NCBI GenBank assembly: GCA_902609885.1
Contig: CACLTT010000005.1
Location: 15,476 to 79,475 of the forward strand
DNA from: an uncultured Candidatus Hydrogenedens sp.
GTDB lineage: Bacteria; Desulfobacterota_D; UBA1144
Length of the DNA: 64,000 nucleotides
Direction: 5' to 3'
Within the stretch, counting starts at the first letter, position 1. Each line of letters opens with the position of its first letter. Of this stretch, positions 1 to 10,291 are shown one piece after another. The notes below the pieces were generated by a model. The model worked only from the letters and a program-made list of their open reading frames with translations, did not search any database and was not told the origin of the DNA. Position numbers and translations under genes: made by a program.

Positions 1-3000
1 AGCCTGATACGAGTAATGGGATTCCAAGCTCTAATTTTGATTCATGTTTTACAATTTCATCATTAAATACAATTCCTTCCAAAATTCCAGTTGAATCTTC
101 AAAATTTACATAAGCATATTTATTGGAGTTCTTTTTGGAAGTTTTTATATCTATAGATGTTATATAAACTGCAGCTGTTACTGGAGATTTATCTTTAAGA
201 GTCTTTATTTCCATTATATTCTTTGAATTAATTTCTTTTATTTTTTTTTCAACAGCTGATAAAGGATTTATGCTTATTGAATACCCCAATGTCTCAATTT
301 CGAATTTTGATAGATTGAAAATATCCCATTCATCTATTATATCAAGATCAGGTATTTGGTAAATTTGATCATTATCAAAAAGACTTTCCTGATCGGGATT
401 TGCATCTTTATTGTTAATACCAACATTTGATTGAAGTTTATCAATATTTTTGAATAGCGTTGCTCGGTTAAAACCAAATTCATCAAGCGCTCCTGATCTG
501 ATTAAGCTTTCTAATGTTTTCTTATTTAGCCTCCTTGAATCCATAAGACCTAAAAATTCAAATAAATTTTTAAAATCTCCTTGTGACTTTCGAAGATCAA
601 TAACATTCTTAACAATATTGGTACCTAAATTTTTAACGGCACTTAATCCAAACCTGATGGAATTTTTTAAAGGTGTAAAACCTGACCCACTCTCATTAAT
701 ACTTGGAGGAAAAATTTTAATATCCATTTCTTTGCACTCTCTTATATCTGATACAACTTTCTCTGAGGTATTGATCTCTGTGGTCATAAGGGCTGCCATA
801 AATTCACAAGGATAGTAGGCTTTTAGATAGGCAGTCTGAAAAGTGATATATGCATATGCAGTACTATGACTTTTATTGAATGAATATTCAGCAAATTTTT
901 CCATTGTATTAAAAATATCTTCGGCTAATTTTTCTTTAAAATTATTTTTTTTTGCACCGAGTAAGAATTTTTCTCTTTGTGCTTTCATCTCAGAAGCTTT
1001 TTTCTTACCCATTGCTCTTCTTAGTAAGTCCGCATCTCCTAAAGTAAAACTAGAAAGAACTGAGGCTGTTTTCATTATTTGTTCTTGATAAACGAATAGT
1101 CCATGAGTTTCTTCCAGGATTTCTTTGAGCTCTGGAGTAGGATAGTCAGTTTTTCTCTTTCCGTTTTTCCTTAATATGTACTCATCTACCATTCCACTAT
1201 CAAGAGGTCCAGGCCTATATAAAGCCAGAAGGGCAACAATATCATCAAATTTATCAGCTTTTAAATTTTTCAGAACATCTTTCATACCTGAAGATTCAAT
1301 TTGAAAAATCCCCCTCGTTAAACCCTTTGAAAGAAGTTCATATATTTTAGGATCATTTAAATCAGCTGTATTAATTTCATAGTCTATATCTTTATTATTT
1401 ATTCTAATGAAATCTTTTGCTTTTTTTATGACCGTTAATGTTTTTAAACCCAAAAAATCAAATTTTACAAAACCTAATTCTTCGACAGCATTCATATCAT
1501 ACTGTGTAACAATTTCATCTTTAGAGCCTTTATAGAGTGGTATCATTTTTTCTAATGGCTCATTTGAAATTACAACGCCAGCTGCATGTGTTGAAGAATG
1601 TCTTACTGAGTTCTCTAATTTTACGCTAAGGTTAAATAATTCTGTATATGAGTTATCCTTTTCTACCAATTCTCTGAATTCTTTTACTTTCTTATAGCAA
1701 TCTTCAAGACTGTAAACCTTTCCACGAAATGATGGGATCATATTAGTAAGTTTATTAACATCAGAAAAAGATAGGCCTAAAACTCTTCCCACATCTTTAA
1801 CAACCGCCTTTGAAGACATTGTTCCAAAAGTTCCAATTTGCGCAACTTTATCTTTACCATATTTATTTGAAACATAATTTATTACTTCGTCTCTGCCCTC
1901 ACCACAAAAATCTATATCAATATCTGGCATAGAGATTCTCTCAGGATTTAAAAATCTTTCAAAAATGAGATCATGTTTTATTGGGTCAACTTCAGTTATA
2001 CCTAATAAAAAAGCTATTAGACTACCAGCAGCACTACCTCTTCCAGGACCAACCGGTATCGAATTTTTTTTCGCATAATTTATAAAGTCTGAAACAACCA
2101 TAAAATATCCTTCAAATCCCATTTTCTCAATAATATTTACTTCGTGGTTAACTCTTTCTTGATAGATACCTAAATCTCCAGACGAAATAATATTATTTTT
2201 GATTAAATTAAACAATGACTTATTAGCAAATTCTCTTATTCCGTCGTATTCAATATCCTCATCTAATATTGGTAATTTATAATTACTTTCCCCAAAATCT
2301 AGGTCACACTTTTCTGCTATCAATAAACTGTTTTCAACAGATTCTTGATCTCCCTCTAATGCGTCAATCATTTCGTCTTTTGATTTTAGATAAAATTCAT
2401 TACCATTAAATCTAAATCTTCTCTCCTCTTTAACCAGTGAATTTGTTTGAATGCATAACAATGTATCATGTGAATGGTAATCATTTTTTGTAAGATAGTG
2501 ACAATCATTTGTTGCGACAACTTTGATATCAAGTTTTTTCGCAATTTCCTTCAAAACTTTATTAACTCTAACTTGTTCTTTTAAACATGTACCCTGAATT
2601 TCTATATAATACCGATCGCCAAGTATATTTTTGTATTCTGCCGCAATCTTAATTGCTTCATCTTTTCTACCTTTTAGAATATTATGACAGACCTCACCAT
2701 TTAAACATCCACTAAGAACTATTAATCCATCGCTGTATTCAAATAGAAGCTTTCTATCTATTCTTGGCTTTCTATAAAAACCTTTAAGATGACCAATTGA
2801 GACGAGACTACATAAATTTTCGTAACCTTGTAAATTTTTTGCAAGTACAGTTAAGTGATGAGTTTTATTGTTTTCAGAAGATTTATTTAAATGATCTTTT
2901 GCAATATATAATTCACACCCTACAATAGGTTTGACACCATTATCTTTTGCTTTTTTATAGAAATCATATGCACCAAATAGATTCCCATGATCGGTTAGAG

Positions 3001-3115
3001 CGACGGAACACATCCCTTGTTTTTTAACTTCATCAAATAATTCATCAAATTTAATTGCACCATCAAGAAGTGAATACTGAGAATGTAGATGGAGGTGGAC
3101 GAATTGATCACTCAT
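1..3115 (-). CDS. dnaE: DNA polymerase III alpha subunit (partial; C-terminus lies beyond window start)
   Basis: Not in the supplied ORF track because it runs off the edge. The reverse complement from ATG at 3115-3113 reads MSDQFVHLHLHSQYSLLDGAIKFDELFDEVKKQGMCSVALTDHGNLFGAYDFYKKAKDNGVKPIVGCELY (PHP domain). Hand translation around 1970-2060 gives IPVGPGRGSAAGSLIAFLLGITEVDPIKHD. The same frame is still open at position 2 (...FNDEIVKHESKLELGIPLLVSG, OB-fold region). Confidence 0.93.
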   Translation of the reverse strand, partial: MSDQFVHLHLHSQYSLLDGAIKFDELFDEVKKQGMCSVALTDHGNLFGAYDFYKKAKDNGVKPIVGCELYIAKDHLNKSSENNKTHHLTVLAKNLQGYENLCSLVSIGHLKGFYRKPRIDRKLLFEYSDGLIVLSGCLNGEVCHNILKGRKDEAIKIAAEYKNILGDRYYIEIQGTCLKEQVRVNKVLKEIAKKLDIKVVATNDCHYLTKNDYHSHDTLLCIQTNSLVKEERRFRFNGNEFYLKSKDEMIDALEGDQESVENSLLIAEKCDLDFGESNYKLPILDEDIEYDGIREFANKSLFNLIKNNIISSGDLGIYQERVNHEVNIIEKMGFEGYFMVVSDFINYAKKNSIPVGPGRGSAAGSLIAFLLGITEVDPIKHDLIFERFLNPERISMPDIDIDFCGEGRDEVINYVSNKYGKDKVAQIGTFGTMSSKAVVKDVGRVLGLSFSDVNKLTNMIPSFRGKVYSLEDCYKKVKEFRELVEKDNSYTELFNLSVKLENSVRHSSTHAAGVVISNEPLEKMIPLYKGSKDEIVTQYDMNAVEELGFVKFDFLGLKTLTVIKKAKDFIRINNKDIDYEINTADLNDPKIYELLSKGLTRGIFQIESSGMKDVLKNLKADKFDDIVALLALYRPGPLDSGMVDEYILRKNGKRKTDYPTPELKEILEETHGLFVYQEQIMKTASVLSSFTLGDADLLRRAMGKKKASEMKAQREKFLLGAKKNNFKEKLAEDIFNTMEKFAEYSFNKSHSTAYAYITFQTAYLKAYYPCEFMAALMTTEINTSEKVVSDIRECKEMDIKIFPPSINESGSGFTPLKNSIRFGLSAVKNLGTNIVKNVIDLRKSQGDFKNLFEFLGLMDSRRLNKKTLESLIRSGALDEFGFNRATLFKNIDKLQSNVGINNKDANPDQESLFDNDQIYQIPDLDIIDEWDIFNLSKFEIETLGYSISINPLSAVEKKIKEINSKNIMEIKTLKDKSPVTAAVYITSIDIKTSKKNSNKYAYVNFEDSTGILEGIVFNDEIVKHESKLELGIPLLVSG

Positions 3116-3198
3116 ATTTCAATATAATATTATAAATGAATTAGGATTGTTTAACATCTTTATTGATAAATTGATTAAAAAAGTTCAGAATATTTTTA

Positions 3199-4131
3199 AT
3201 GTTTAAAAAAATAAAGAGTTTTTTTTCATCTGTGAAACAAAAACTTGTTAAATCAAGTACAAATATTAAGCAGACAGTTTCAGTTGTATTAGGAGATAAG
3301 ATTGAAATTGATGAAGAATCATATGAAAAAATAACTGATGCCTTAATATTATCTGATATAAGCATTCAAACATCAGAAAAATTAATAAAAAAAATAAAGG
3401 ATAGACTTAAAAGTGAAAAATTTGACAGCGATTCATCAGAAGAGTTTTTTTTGACCTTAATTAATGATGAAGTAACTAAAATCCTCGAAATGAGAGATTC
3501 TGAACTTCTATTGAAAGATGAGTTAAACGTAATTTTATTTTCAGGTGTAAATGGCAGCGGTAAAACAACTTCCATTGGAAAGCTATCTCTATTATTATCT
3601 AAAATAACAAATAAAAAAATTATGCTTGTTGCTGCAGATACATTCAGAGCAGCTGCTGTTGACCAATTGAGAATATGGTCTGAAAGATCAAACTCTATAT
3701 TTTTTTCGTCAGATCAAAAAGACCCCGCAAGTGTTGTTTTTTCTGCCCTTGATTTTGCTATAGATAAGAAAGTAGATATTGTAATTATAGATACTGCTGG
3801 GAGGCTTTCTAACAATTCAGATTTGATGTCACAAATTTCTAAAATCGAAAAAATAATTATTTCTAAAACTAATAAGCCTCCGACTGAATCACTTTTAGTT
3901 CTAGATGGCACCTCAGGTCAAAACTCGCTTTCGCAAGTTAAGAAATTTCAGGAAACCATTGGTCTTACAGGTGTTGTTATTACAAAGCTTGATAGTACAT
4001 CAAAAGCTGGCTTTGCAATATCTGTTTCAAATGACTATGATTTACCTATTAAATTTATTGGAGTAGGCGAGAAAATAGAGGATATGATTCCTTTTGATGC
4101 TAAAGAATTTGGAGATGCACTTTTTAAATAG
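3199..4131 (+). CDS. ftsY: signal recognition particle receptor FtsY
   Basis: 310 aa. SRP-GTPase motifs GVNGSGKTTSIGKL (G1), DTAGR (G3) and TKLD (G4), with a short charged N-terminal domain. Confidence 0.93.
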   Translation: MFKKIKSFFSSVKQKLVKSSTNIKQTVSVVLGDKIEIDEESYEKITDALILSDISIQTSEKLIKKIKDRLKSEKFDSDSSEEFFLTLINDEVTKILEMRDSELLLKDELNVILFSGVNGSGKTTSIGKLSLLLSKITNKKIMLVAADTFRAAAVDQLRIWSERSNSIFFSSDQKDPASVVFSALDFAIDKKVDIVIIDTAGRLSNNSDLMSQISKIEKIIISKTNKPPTESLLVLDGTSGQNSLSQVKKFQETIGLTGVVITKLDSTSKAGFAISVSNDYDLPIKFIGVGEKIEDMIPFDAKEFGDALFK

Positions 4132-4133
4132 TT

Positions 4134-5219
4134 ATGGATTTAAATCAAAAAATGAAATATATGAAAATGGCAATTAATCTAGCCAAAAAAGGTATTAATA
4201 AAACTGGATCAAACCCAATTGTAGGTGCAATAATTGTTAAAAACAAAAAGATTATCGGAAAAGGTTTTCATTCTGATTTTGGAGGTGACCATGCTGAAAT
4301 TGTGGCAATTAAAGATGCTGAATCAAGAAAAAAAAGTGTTAAAGGATCGACACTTTTCGTTACGCTCGAACCTTGTTGCCATACGAATAAAAAAACTCCC
4401 CCTTGCGTAAATACTATTATCAGTAAAGGCATAGAACAAGTTTATTTTTTAGAATATGATATAAACCCAAATGTAAATGGAAATGGGATAAAGAAATTAA
4501 AATCAAATAAAATTAAAGTCTCTCAAATTACTTTAAAGAATAAGCTCAAAGAGATTAATAGAGGTTTTGAAAGTATTAAAATAAATAATAGACCATTTGT
4601 TACATTAAAGATCTGCTCTAGTCTTGATTCAAAAATATACTCAGACCAAATATCAAATAATTCTATTGGTGATAAGGTGCAAAGAGAGCATGCAAATAAT
4701 CTTAGACAAAATTATGATGCAATTTTAGTTGGGGTTAACACAATAATTAAGGACAATCCGAAATTAAATTATAGAGGAAAAAATAATAAGGTTAAACAGC
4801 CAACACCTATTATTATGGATTCAAATCTAAGAATACCACTTGAAAGTAAAGTCTTAAAAAATAAATTACAAAAACCGATAATTTTTTGTAAATTTTCAGT
4901 ATCTGATAGAAAAATTAAAACCTATGAATCAAATAAAATTATTGTAATAAAACTAAAAAAAATTTCTCCAAAAAATATTCTTAAACAGCTTTTAGGACTT
5001 AATTTTCAAAGAGTATTAGTTGAGGGTGGAGGAACTGTATTTTCATCCTTCTTGAAAGAGAATGTATGGGATGAAATGTTAATTTATTACTCTAAAATTT
5101 TTATTGGAAAAAGTGGAATAGGGTTATCGGACAAAATGGAACAGCTAAATAAAATTAAAGGTAAGGAAATAGATAAAATAGAGAAAATTGGAAATTCAAT
5201 TCTGGTGAGAATTAATTGA
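4134..5219 (+). CDS. ribD: bifunctional riboflavin biosynthesis protein RibD (pyrimidine deaminase / uracil reductase)
   Basis: 361 aa. Zinc deaminase motifs HAEIVAI and LEPCCH...PPC, followed by the C-terminal reductase domain (RVLVEGGGTVFSSF). Confidence 0.9.
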   Translation: MDLNQKMKYMKMAINLAKKGINKTGSNPIVGAIIVKNKKIIGKGFHSDFGGDHAEIVAIKDAESRKKSVKGSTLFVTLEPCCHTNKKTPPCVNTIISKGIEQVYFLEYDINPNVNGNGIKKLKSNKIKVSQITLKNKLKEINRGFESIKINNRPFVTLKICSSLDSKIYSDQISNNSIGDKVQREHANNLRQNYDAILVGVNTIIKDNPKLNYRGKNNKVKQPTPIIMDSNLRIPLESKVLKNKLQKPIIFCKFSVSDRKIKTYESNKIIVIKLKKISPKNILKQLLGLNFQRVLVEGGGTVFSSFLKENVWDEMLIYYSKIFIGKSGIGLSDKMEQLNKIKGKEIDKIEKIGNSILVRIN

Positions 5220-5873
5220 TGAGAATTGGAATTCTTGGAGGAACTTTTGATCCTATTCATTTAGGCCATGTAAATTTGATTGTAAATATTACAAAAATTT
5301 TAAATCTTCATAAAATAATAATAGTTCCTAATTCAAATCCTCATTATAAAAAAAATCCAGTAAAATCAGATTTTACAGACATAAAAAATATGATTAATCT
5401 AGCGTTAGATAAAAAAATTAATTTTATAATATCTGATATAGAAAATGATTGTAGTAAAAAAAAATTATACATATCAAACTTTAAAAAAAATTATATTAGA
5501 TAGTCAAAAAGATAATTACTATCTAATTTTAGGTTCAGACTATGCGGATAGTTTTCATACTTGGTTTGAATCAAAAAAAATTCTTAAATTAATAGATCTT
5601 GTTTTAGTTGGAAGACCTGGATTTCAATCGAATATTAGTAATATAATAAATTTAGATAAATCATATTCACATGAAATGAATTATAAATCTATGAAAGTTA
5701 ATTATAATTTAAAGAGCAAGAGAAAAATTTTACGTCTAACATTGAAAAATAGTATTGATGCCTCATCTTCAGAATCCAGAAATGCTTTAAAAAAATTCGA
5801 TGAAAAAAAAATAAAAATGTTATTGCCGATAGAAGTTTATAAATATATAATCGACAATGGTTTGTACAATTAA
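5216..5873 (+). CDS. nadD: nicotinate-nucleotide adenylyltransferase, interrupted by a 1-nt frameshift in an A9 tract (two track ORFs, 5216-5503 and 5445-5873)
   Basis: The N-terminal piece carries GILGGTFDPIHLGH (the (T/H)xGH nucleotidyltransferase motif). The C-terminal piece carries NYTYQTLKKI...LILGSDYADSFHTW...ISSSESRNAL, the typical NadD C-half. The frames switch at AAAAAAAAA (5456-5464). Confidence 0.85.
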
Positions 5874-6202
5874 TGATAAAAATACAAAAAATAATTGATT
5901 ATATTTTACAGGAGCTTAAGGAAAGAAAAGCCATTGATCCTATAGCCATAGATGTTAAAAACTTATCAAGCTTTACCGACTTTCTTATTATTGCTAGCAT
6001 GGATTCTGAGCGGGGTGTAAAAGCACTTTATGAAAATCTTAATGAAAGGCTAAAAAAAGAATTAAAAATTTCTACTAAGACAGATGGCCACTCTTCACCT
6101 AGCTGGATTATAATTGATACAGGAGATATTATGATTCATTTATTCCATAAAAAAACTAGAGAATATTATAATCTTGAATCGTTATGGAACAATAAAAAAT
6201 AA
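5873..6202 (+). CDS. rsfS: ribosomal silencing factor RsfS (Iojap family)
   Basis: 109 aa with the DUF143-like core DPIAIDVKNLSSFTDFLIIASMDSERGVKAL. It sits directly after nadD, its conserved position. Confidence 0.85.
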   Translation: MIKIQKIIDYILQELKERKAIDPIAIDVKNLSSFTDFLIIASMDSERGVKALYENLNERLKKELKISTKTDGHSSPSWIIIDTGDIMIHLFHKKTREYYNLESLWNNKK

Positions 6203-6206
6203 AAAT

Positions 6207-7403
6207 TTATTTTTTATTTTTTCTTAAAAATGCAGGAATTTCAAAATGTTCATCATCACCCAGTGGATGCAAATCATCTAAATCTGGATTCCCATTTGGA
6301 TCATTAATTTCAGAAATATTTTCTTTTATGTTATCAATTTTTTCACCTAAATCAAAACTTTCTTGATTAGGATCAGTCTCTACAATTTGGTTTGCTATTT
6401 TTACAGACTCCATGCCATCAATACCTGTAGCAATAACAGTTATTCTTACTTTATCACCGAGAGACTCGTCTAAAACTAATCCAAAAATTAAATTTACACT
6501 TGAACTAGCTTTCGATTTTACATGGTTACATGCTTCATTTAATTCATCTATAGTAAAATTACTTGATGCTGTAACATTTATTAGAATACCAGTTGCACCA
6601 TCTATAGATATATCCTCGAGTAGTGGGCTGGTTATTGCATTTTCTGCTGCTTCAACTGCTCGAGATGTTCCTTCACCTTCTCCGGTTCCCATGAGAGCTT
6701 TTCCGCCACTCTCAGTCATAATTTTTTTAACATCTGCAAAATCTACGTTAATAAATCCTGAACCAACAATTATATCCGAGATCCCCCTTACTGCTTTTGT
6801 TAATACGCTATCTGCTGCTTTGAAAGAATCAACAATACCTGATATTTGTTGAACCTCTTTTAATCTATCGTTTGGAATAACTATAATTGAATCAACTTCA
6901 TCGGTTAATTCTTTTATACCAATTTCAGCTTGATCAATTCTTTTGTTGGCTTCAAATTCGAAAGGCTTTGTAACAATTGCAATAGTTAGAGCGCCAGCAT
7001 CTTTTGCGAGTTTGGCTACAACTGGAGATGCTCCAGTTCCTGTCCCACCACCCATTCCAGCTGTAATAAAAACCATATCAGAGCCTTGAAGTACTTCAGT
7101 AATATCATTTTGATCAGCTTTTGCACATTCGCTACCTAATGTAGGATCTCCGCCAACACCAAGTCCTTTTGCAATATTTTTTCCAATTTGAATTACTCTT
7201 TTTGATTTGGATTTTTGAAGATCTTGAAAATCAGAATTAATAGATATAAATTCTACTCCATTGATGTTTTCTGATATCATTGAATTAATAGCATTACCAC
7301 CAGCACCTCCAACACCAATAACTTTAATTTTTGCACCTAATGTTTCAAAAAGAGAATCATTTTGAGAACCTGAAACTGCACCTGAAAATTCAAAAGTGGC
7401 CAT
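6207..7403 (-). CDS. ftsZ: cell division protein FtsZ
   Basis: 398 aa. Motifs [15 protein letters not shown], the tubulin signature [13 protein letters not shown], and the C-terminal tail EIPAFLRK. Confidence 0.97.
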   Translation of the reverse strand: MATFEFSGAVSGSQNDSLFETLGAKIKVIGVGGAGGNAINSMISENINGVEFISINSDFQDLQKSKSKRVIQIGKNIAKGLGVGGDPTLGSECAKADQNDITEVLQGSDMVFITAGMGGGTGTGASPVVAKLAKDAGALTIAIVTKPFEFEANKRIDQAEIGIKELTDEVDSIIVIPNDRLKEVQQISGIVDSFKAADSVLTKAVRGISDIIVGSGFINVDFADVKKIMTESGGKALMGTGEGEGTSRAVEAAENAITSPLLEDISIDGATGILINVTASSNFTIDELNEACNHVKSKASSSVNLIFGLVLDESLGDKVRITVIATGIDGMESVKIANQIVETDPNQESFDLGEKIDNIKENISEINDPNGNPDLDDLHPLGDDEHFEIPAFLRKNKK

Positions 7404-7502
7404 AAAAAGCTCCTTAATTACTATATATAGTATATAAAGTACACAATAAACACTATATTTAGTATAATTATATCTTATAGAAATTTAAATAATAGGCTTT
7501 TG

Positions 7503-8747
7503 TTAAAATAATTCAGCGAACCAAGTTTTCATTGAATTCATAACTCTTTTAAACACTTGTGCTTCTCGAATTCTAATTTTTTGATTTTTAGATGAAGATG
7601 CATTTTTTGAGCCCCATACTAAAAGTCCTACACCAGTAGCACATTCAGGTTTCGATACAAGCTCTTCTAATCCTGATATTTGATTTGGTACTCCTAATCT
7701 TACTGGCATATTGAGAATTTTTTGGGCCAAATAATCTGCTCCTTCTATTGCCATGGATCCACCAGTTATAACACAACCAGCAGGAAGCATATCATAATAC
7801 CCTGATCTCATAATCTCTCTTCTTGCCATTGTAAATATTTCTTCAAGCCTTGGCTCAATAATATTTGCTAACTCATTTTTTGATATTTTTTTTCTTCCCG
7901 CGCCTGCAATTTTATCAATTTTAATTTCTTCATCATTATCAATTAAGTCAGATGAAGCAATTCCATACCTTTCCTTAATTTCCCTGGCAACAATTTTAGA
8001 TGATCCTAATCCGAATGAAATATCATTATCTAGGAAGTCACCACCAATAGTAATATTGCTAGTATATTTAATTGATCCATCACAAAATACTGCAATATCT
8101 GTAGTTCCTCCACCACAATCTAGCAATACGACACCTACATCTCTTTCATCAGACGTAAGAACAGCTTCACTAGACGCGACTTGCTCTAGGACCAATGAAC
8201 CTACATCTACCCCAGAATTATGAACACATTTTACTAGATTTTTTGCTTGTGTAACTTGAGCAGTTACCATATGAATTTTAGCTTCGAGCTTAACACCATA
8301 AAGTCCAATAGGATCTTTTATTTTTCTTTCTCCATCTACAATGAATTCTTGAGGCATGACATGAATGACTTCTCTATCGGCTGGTTGGGCACCTGCAGTT
8401 GCAGATTCTATTACTCTATCCAAATCTCTTTGAGTAACTTCTCTATTTCTTAGTGTTATCATACCATGTCCATTAAGACTTCTAATATGACCACCAGCAA
8501 TTCCTACAATTACACTAGTAATTTCGGTTCCAGCCATTTTTTCGGCATCTTCTATAGCTTGTCTAATAGATTGAACAGTGCTATCAATATTTAAGACAAT
8601 TCCTCTTTGCAAGCCTTTAGAGGGATGTGAGCTTACACCTATTATTTCTACGTCACTAGACGAGGTAACTTCTGCAACCAAACAAAGAATTTTCGTAGTT
8701 CCAATATCAAGTCCAACAATTATTTCATTTTGTGCCATTTTTTCCAT
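7503..8747 (-). CDS. ftsA: cell division protein FtsA
   Basis: 414 aa. Actin-like ATPase motifs IVGLDIGTTKI and LDCGGGTTDIAV. It lies between ftsQ and ftsZ. Confidence 0.95.
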   Translation of the reverse strand: MEKMAQNEIIVGLDIGTTKILCLVAEVTSSSDVEIIGVSSHPSKGLQRGIVLNIDSTVQSIRQAIEDAEKMAGTEITSVIVGIAGGHIRSLNGHGMITLRNREVTQRDLDRVIESATAGAQPADREVIHVMPQEFIVDGERKIKDPIGLYGVKLEAKIHMVTAQVTQAKNLVKCVHNSGVDVGSLVLEQVASSEAVLTSDERDVGVVLLDCGGGTTDIAVFCDGSIKYTSNITIGGDFLDNDISFGLGSSKIVAREIKERYGIASSDLIDNDEEIKIDKIAGAGRKKISKNELANIIEPRLEEIFTMARREIMRSGYYDMLPAGCVITGGSMAIEGADYLAQKILNMPVRLGVPNQISGLEELVSKPECATGVGLLVWGSKNASSSKNQKIRIREAQVFKRVMNSMKTWFAELF

Positions 8748-8754
8748 TATAATC

Positions 8755-9432
8755 TTAAAGATTATAATTTACAACTCCTTTACTATTTTCTCTTAAATCT
8801 ATAAAAGTTGCTTTTTTCTTCTTGCCAATTGCTTTAGAAAAAATTATTTCTAATTTTTTGATTTTCTCATCAAAGTTCTCAGTGCCAATCAATATTGTTT
8901 GACCTTCGATACTATAAATTTGTACACCTAAAATTTGGTCTATCTTAATTTCCGATACTTCAAATTTATCCGTTAATTTATATTTTTTTAACAAGCTTAA
9001 CAAGCTAAGACCTATTGAAGCATCCTCCATTTTCTCTAAAGATAAAAGAGGTAGGTTTATAAAGTTATCTAAATTTTTTTTTGGATGAAAGTTGCCAAAT
9101 TCATCTATCAAGCCCTTTGTATCTTGCTGATTAATTGCAAAAGTATATTTTCTTTCTTCTATCAGAATTAACACCTTAGAATAACTCTCTATCTTAATAT
9201 CAACTTTTTTTATATCTAGAGATTTATAAAGATTGTTCAAAAATCTTTGCTTATTGAAAATTGTAATAATTTTATTCTCCAACTCTGAGGATTGAATAAT
9301 TTCATTTTTACTTATCAATTTATTGCCTGATATCTCAATTTCCTTTACGATGGTGAAAATTGGATTGAAAAACCCGTATATTGGAACTGATATTATTATT
9401 AAGACTATATAAAATTTTATTTTATTTTTCAT
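8755..9432 (-). CDS. ftsQ: cell division protein FtsQ (POTRA domain)
   Basis: 225 aa with one N-terminal TM helix followed by a POTRA-like segment (VKEIEISGNKLISKNEI). The call rests mainly on its position between murB and ftsA. Confidence 0.75.
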   Translation of the reverse strand: MKNKIKFYIVLIIISVPIYGFFNPIFTIVKEIEISGNKLISKNEIIQSSELENKIITIFNKQRFLNNLYKSLDIKKVDIKIESYSKVLILIEERKYTFAINQQDTKGLIDEFGNFHPKKNLDNFINLPLLSLEKMEDASIGLSLLSLLKKYKLTDKFEVSEIKIDQILGVQIYSIEGQTILIGTENFDEKIKKLEIIFSKAIGKKKKATFIDLRENSKGVVNYNL

Positions 9433-10291
9433 CTATAATTCTTACTTCATTTTCTAGTATAATTCCTGTCTCTGTGAATACTTTATCTTTAACAGCATTA
9501 ATTAGACTCAATATATTTTCTGGCGATGCATTATTTTTATTAATTATATAATTAGAATGAATATTTGATACTTGTGCATCACCAACCGATAAACCTTTTA
9601 AGCCTAAATTTTCTATAATGTATCCAGCATAATTTGGCAAAGGGTTTTTAAAAACACTTCCTGCACTAGGCCACCTAACTGGCTGGGTATTATTTCTATA
9701 TTTTAAATATTCTTTTATTTGCATCCTAGCTCTATCAGGGTCACCTTTCTGGAGTAGAAATTTTGCTTTAGTGATGATTTCGTTTCTTTTAATTGAACTA
9801 CTTCTATACTTAAATTCAATTTCTTCTTTACCAACTTCTATTTCTTTGCCATTTTTAATTAAAAATACAGATTTTAAAATATCAGAAATTTCACCACCAT
9901 TTGCCCCAGCATTAGTTATTAGCGCCCCACCTATTGTTCCAGGAATACCAGTTGAAAATTCAAAACCTAACAACCCTTTATCTAAACACTTATTCATAAC
10001 AACATTTAATGAAGCACCGCATTCCACTGTTACATATTCGCCATCAAATTCTATAGAATTCATTTTTTTGGTACTAATTAAAATCGTATCATTTAAATTT
10101 AGAAAAAGAGTATTAGATCCATTACCTACCATGTAGAAATTTTTTTTAAAACTTATTAATTTATTCAAATCATATGAGTTTTTAGGATAAAAAATGTAGT
10201 CTGCTAAACATCCTGATCTCCATGTGCAATACTTCGATAAGTCAAAGCTTTTATAAAATTCTATGTTAAGTTTGCTTACATCATCTTGCAT
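9422..10291 (-). CDS. murB: UDP-N-acetylenolpyruvoylglucosamine reductase
   Basis: 289 aa. FAD-binding domain (MVGNGSNTLF) and MurB C-terminal motif (SAGSVFKNP). Confidence 0.92.
   Translation of the reverse strand: MQDDVSKLNIEFYKSFDLSKYCTWRSGCLADYIFYPKNSYDLNKLISFKKNFYMVGNGSNTLFLNLNDTILISTKKMNSIEFDGEYVTVECGASLNVVMNKCLDKGLLGFEFSTGIPGTIGGALITNAGANGGEISDILKSVFLIKNGKEIEVGKEEIEFKYRSSSIKRNEIITKAKFLLQKGDPDRARMQIKEYLKYRNNTQPVRWPSAGSVFKNPLPNYAGYIIENLGLKGLSVGDAQVSNIHSNYIINKNNASPENILSLINAVKDKVFTETGIILENEVRIIDEK

Noticed and set aside
450-1088. Plus-strand ORFs 450-815 and 876-1088
   Set aside because: They lie antisense inside the continuous dnaE frame. Their sequences are low-complexity Ser/Leu/Phe-rich with no motifs, so they are shadow ORFs.
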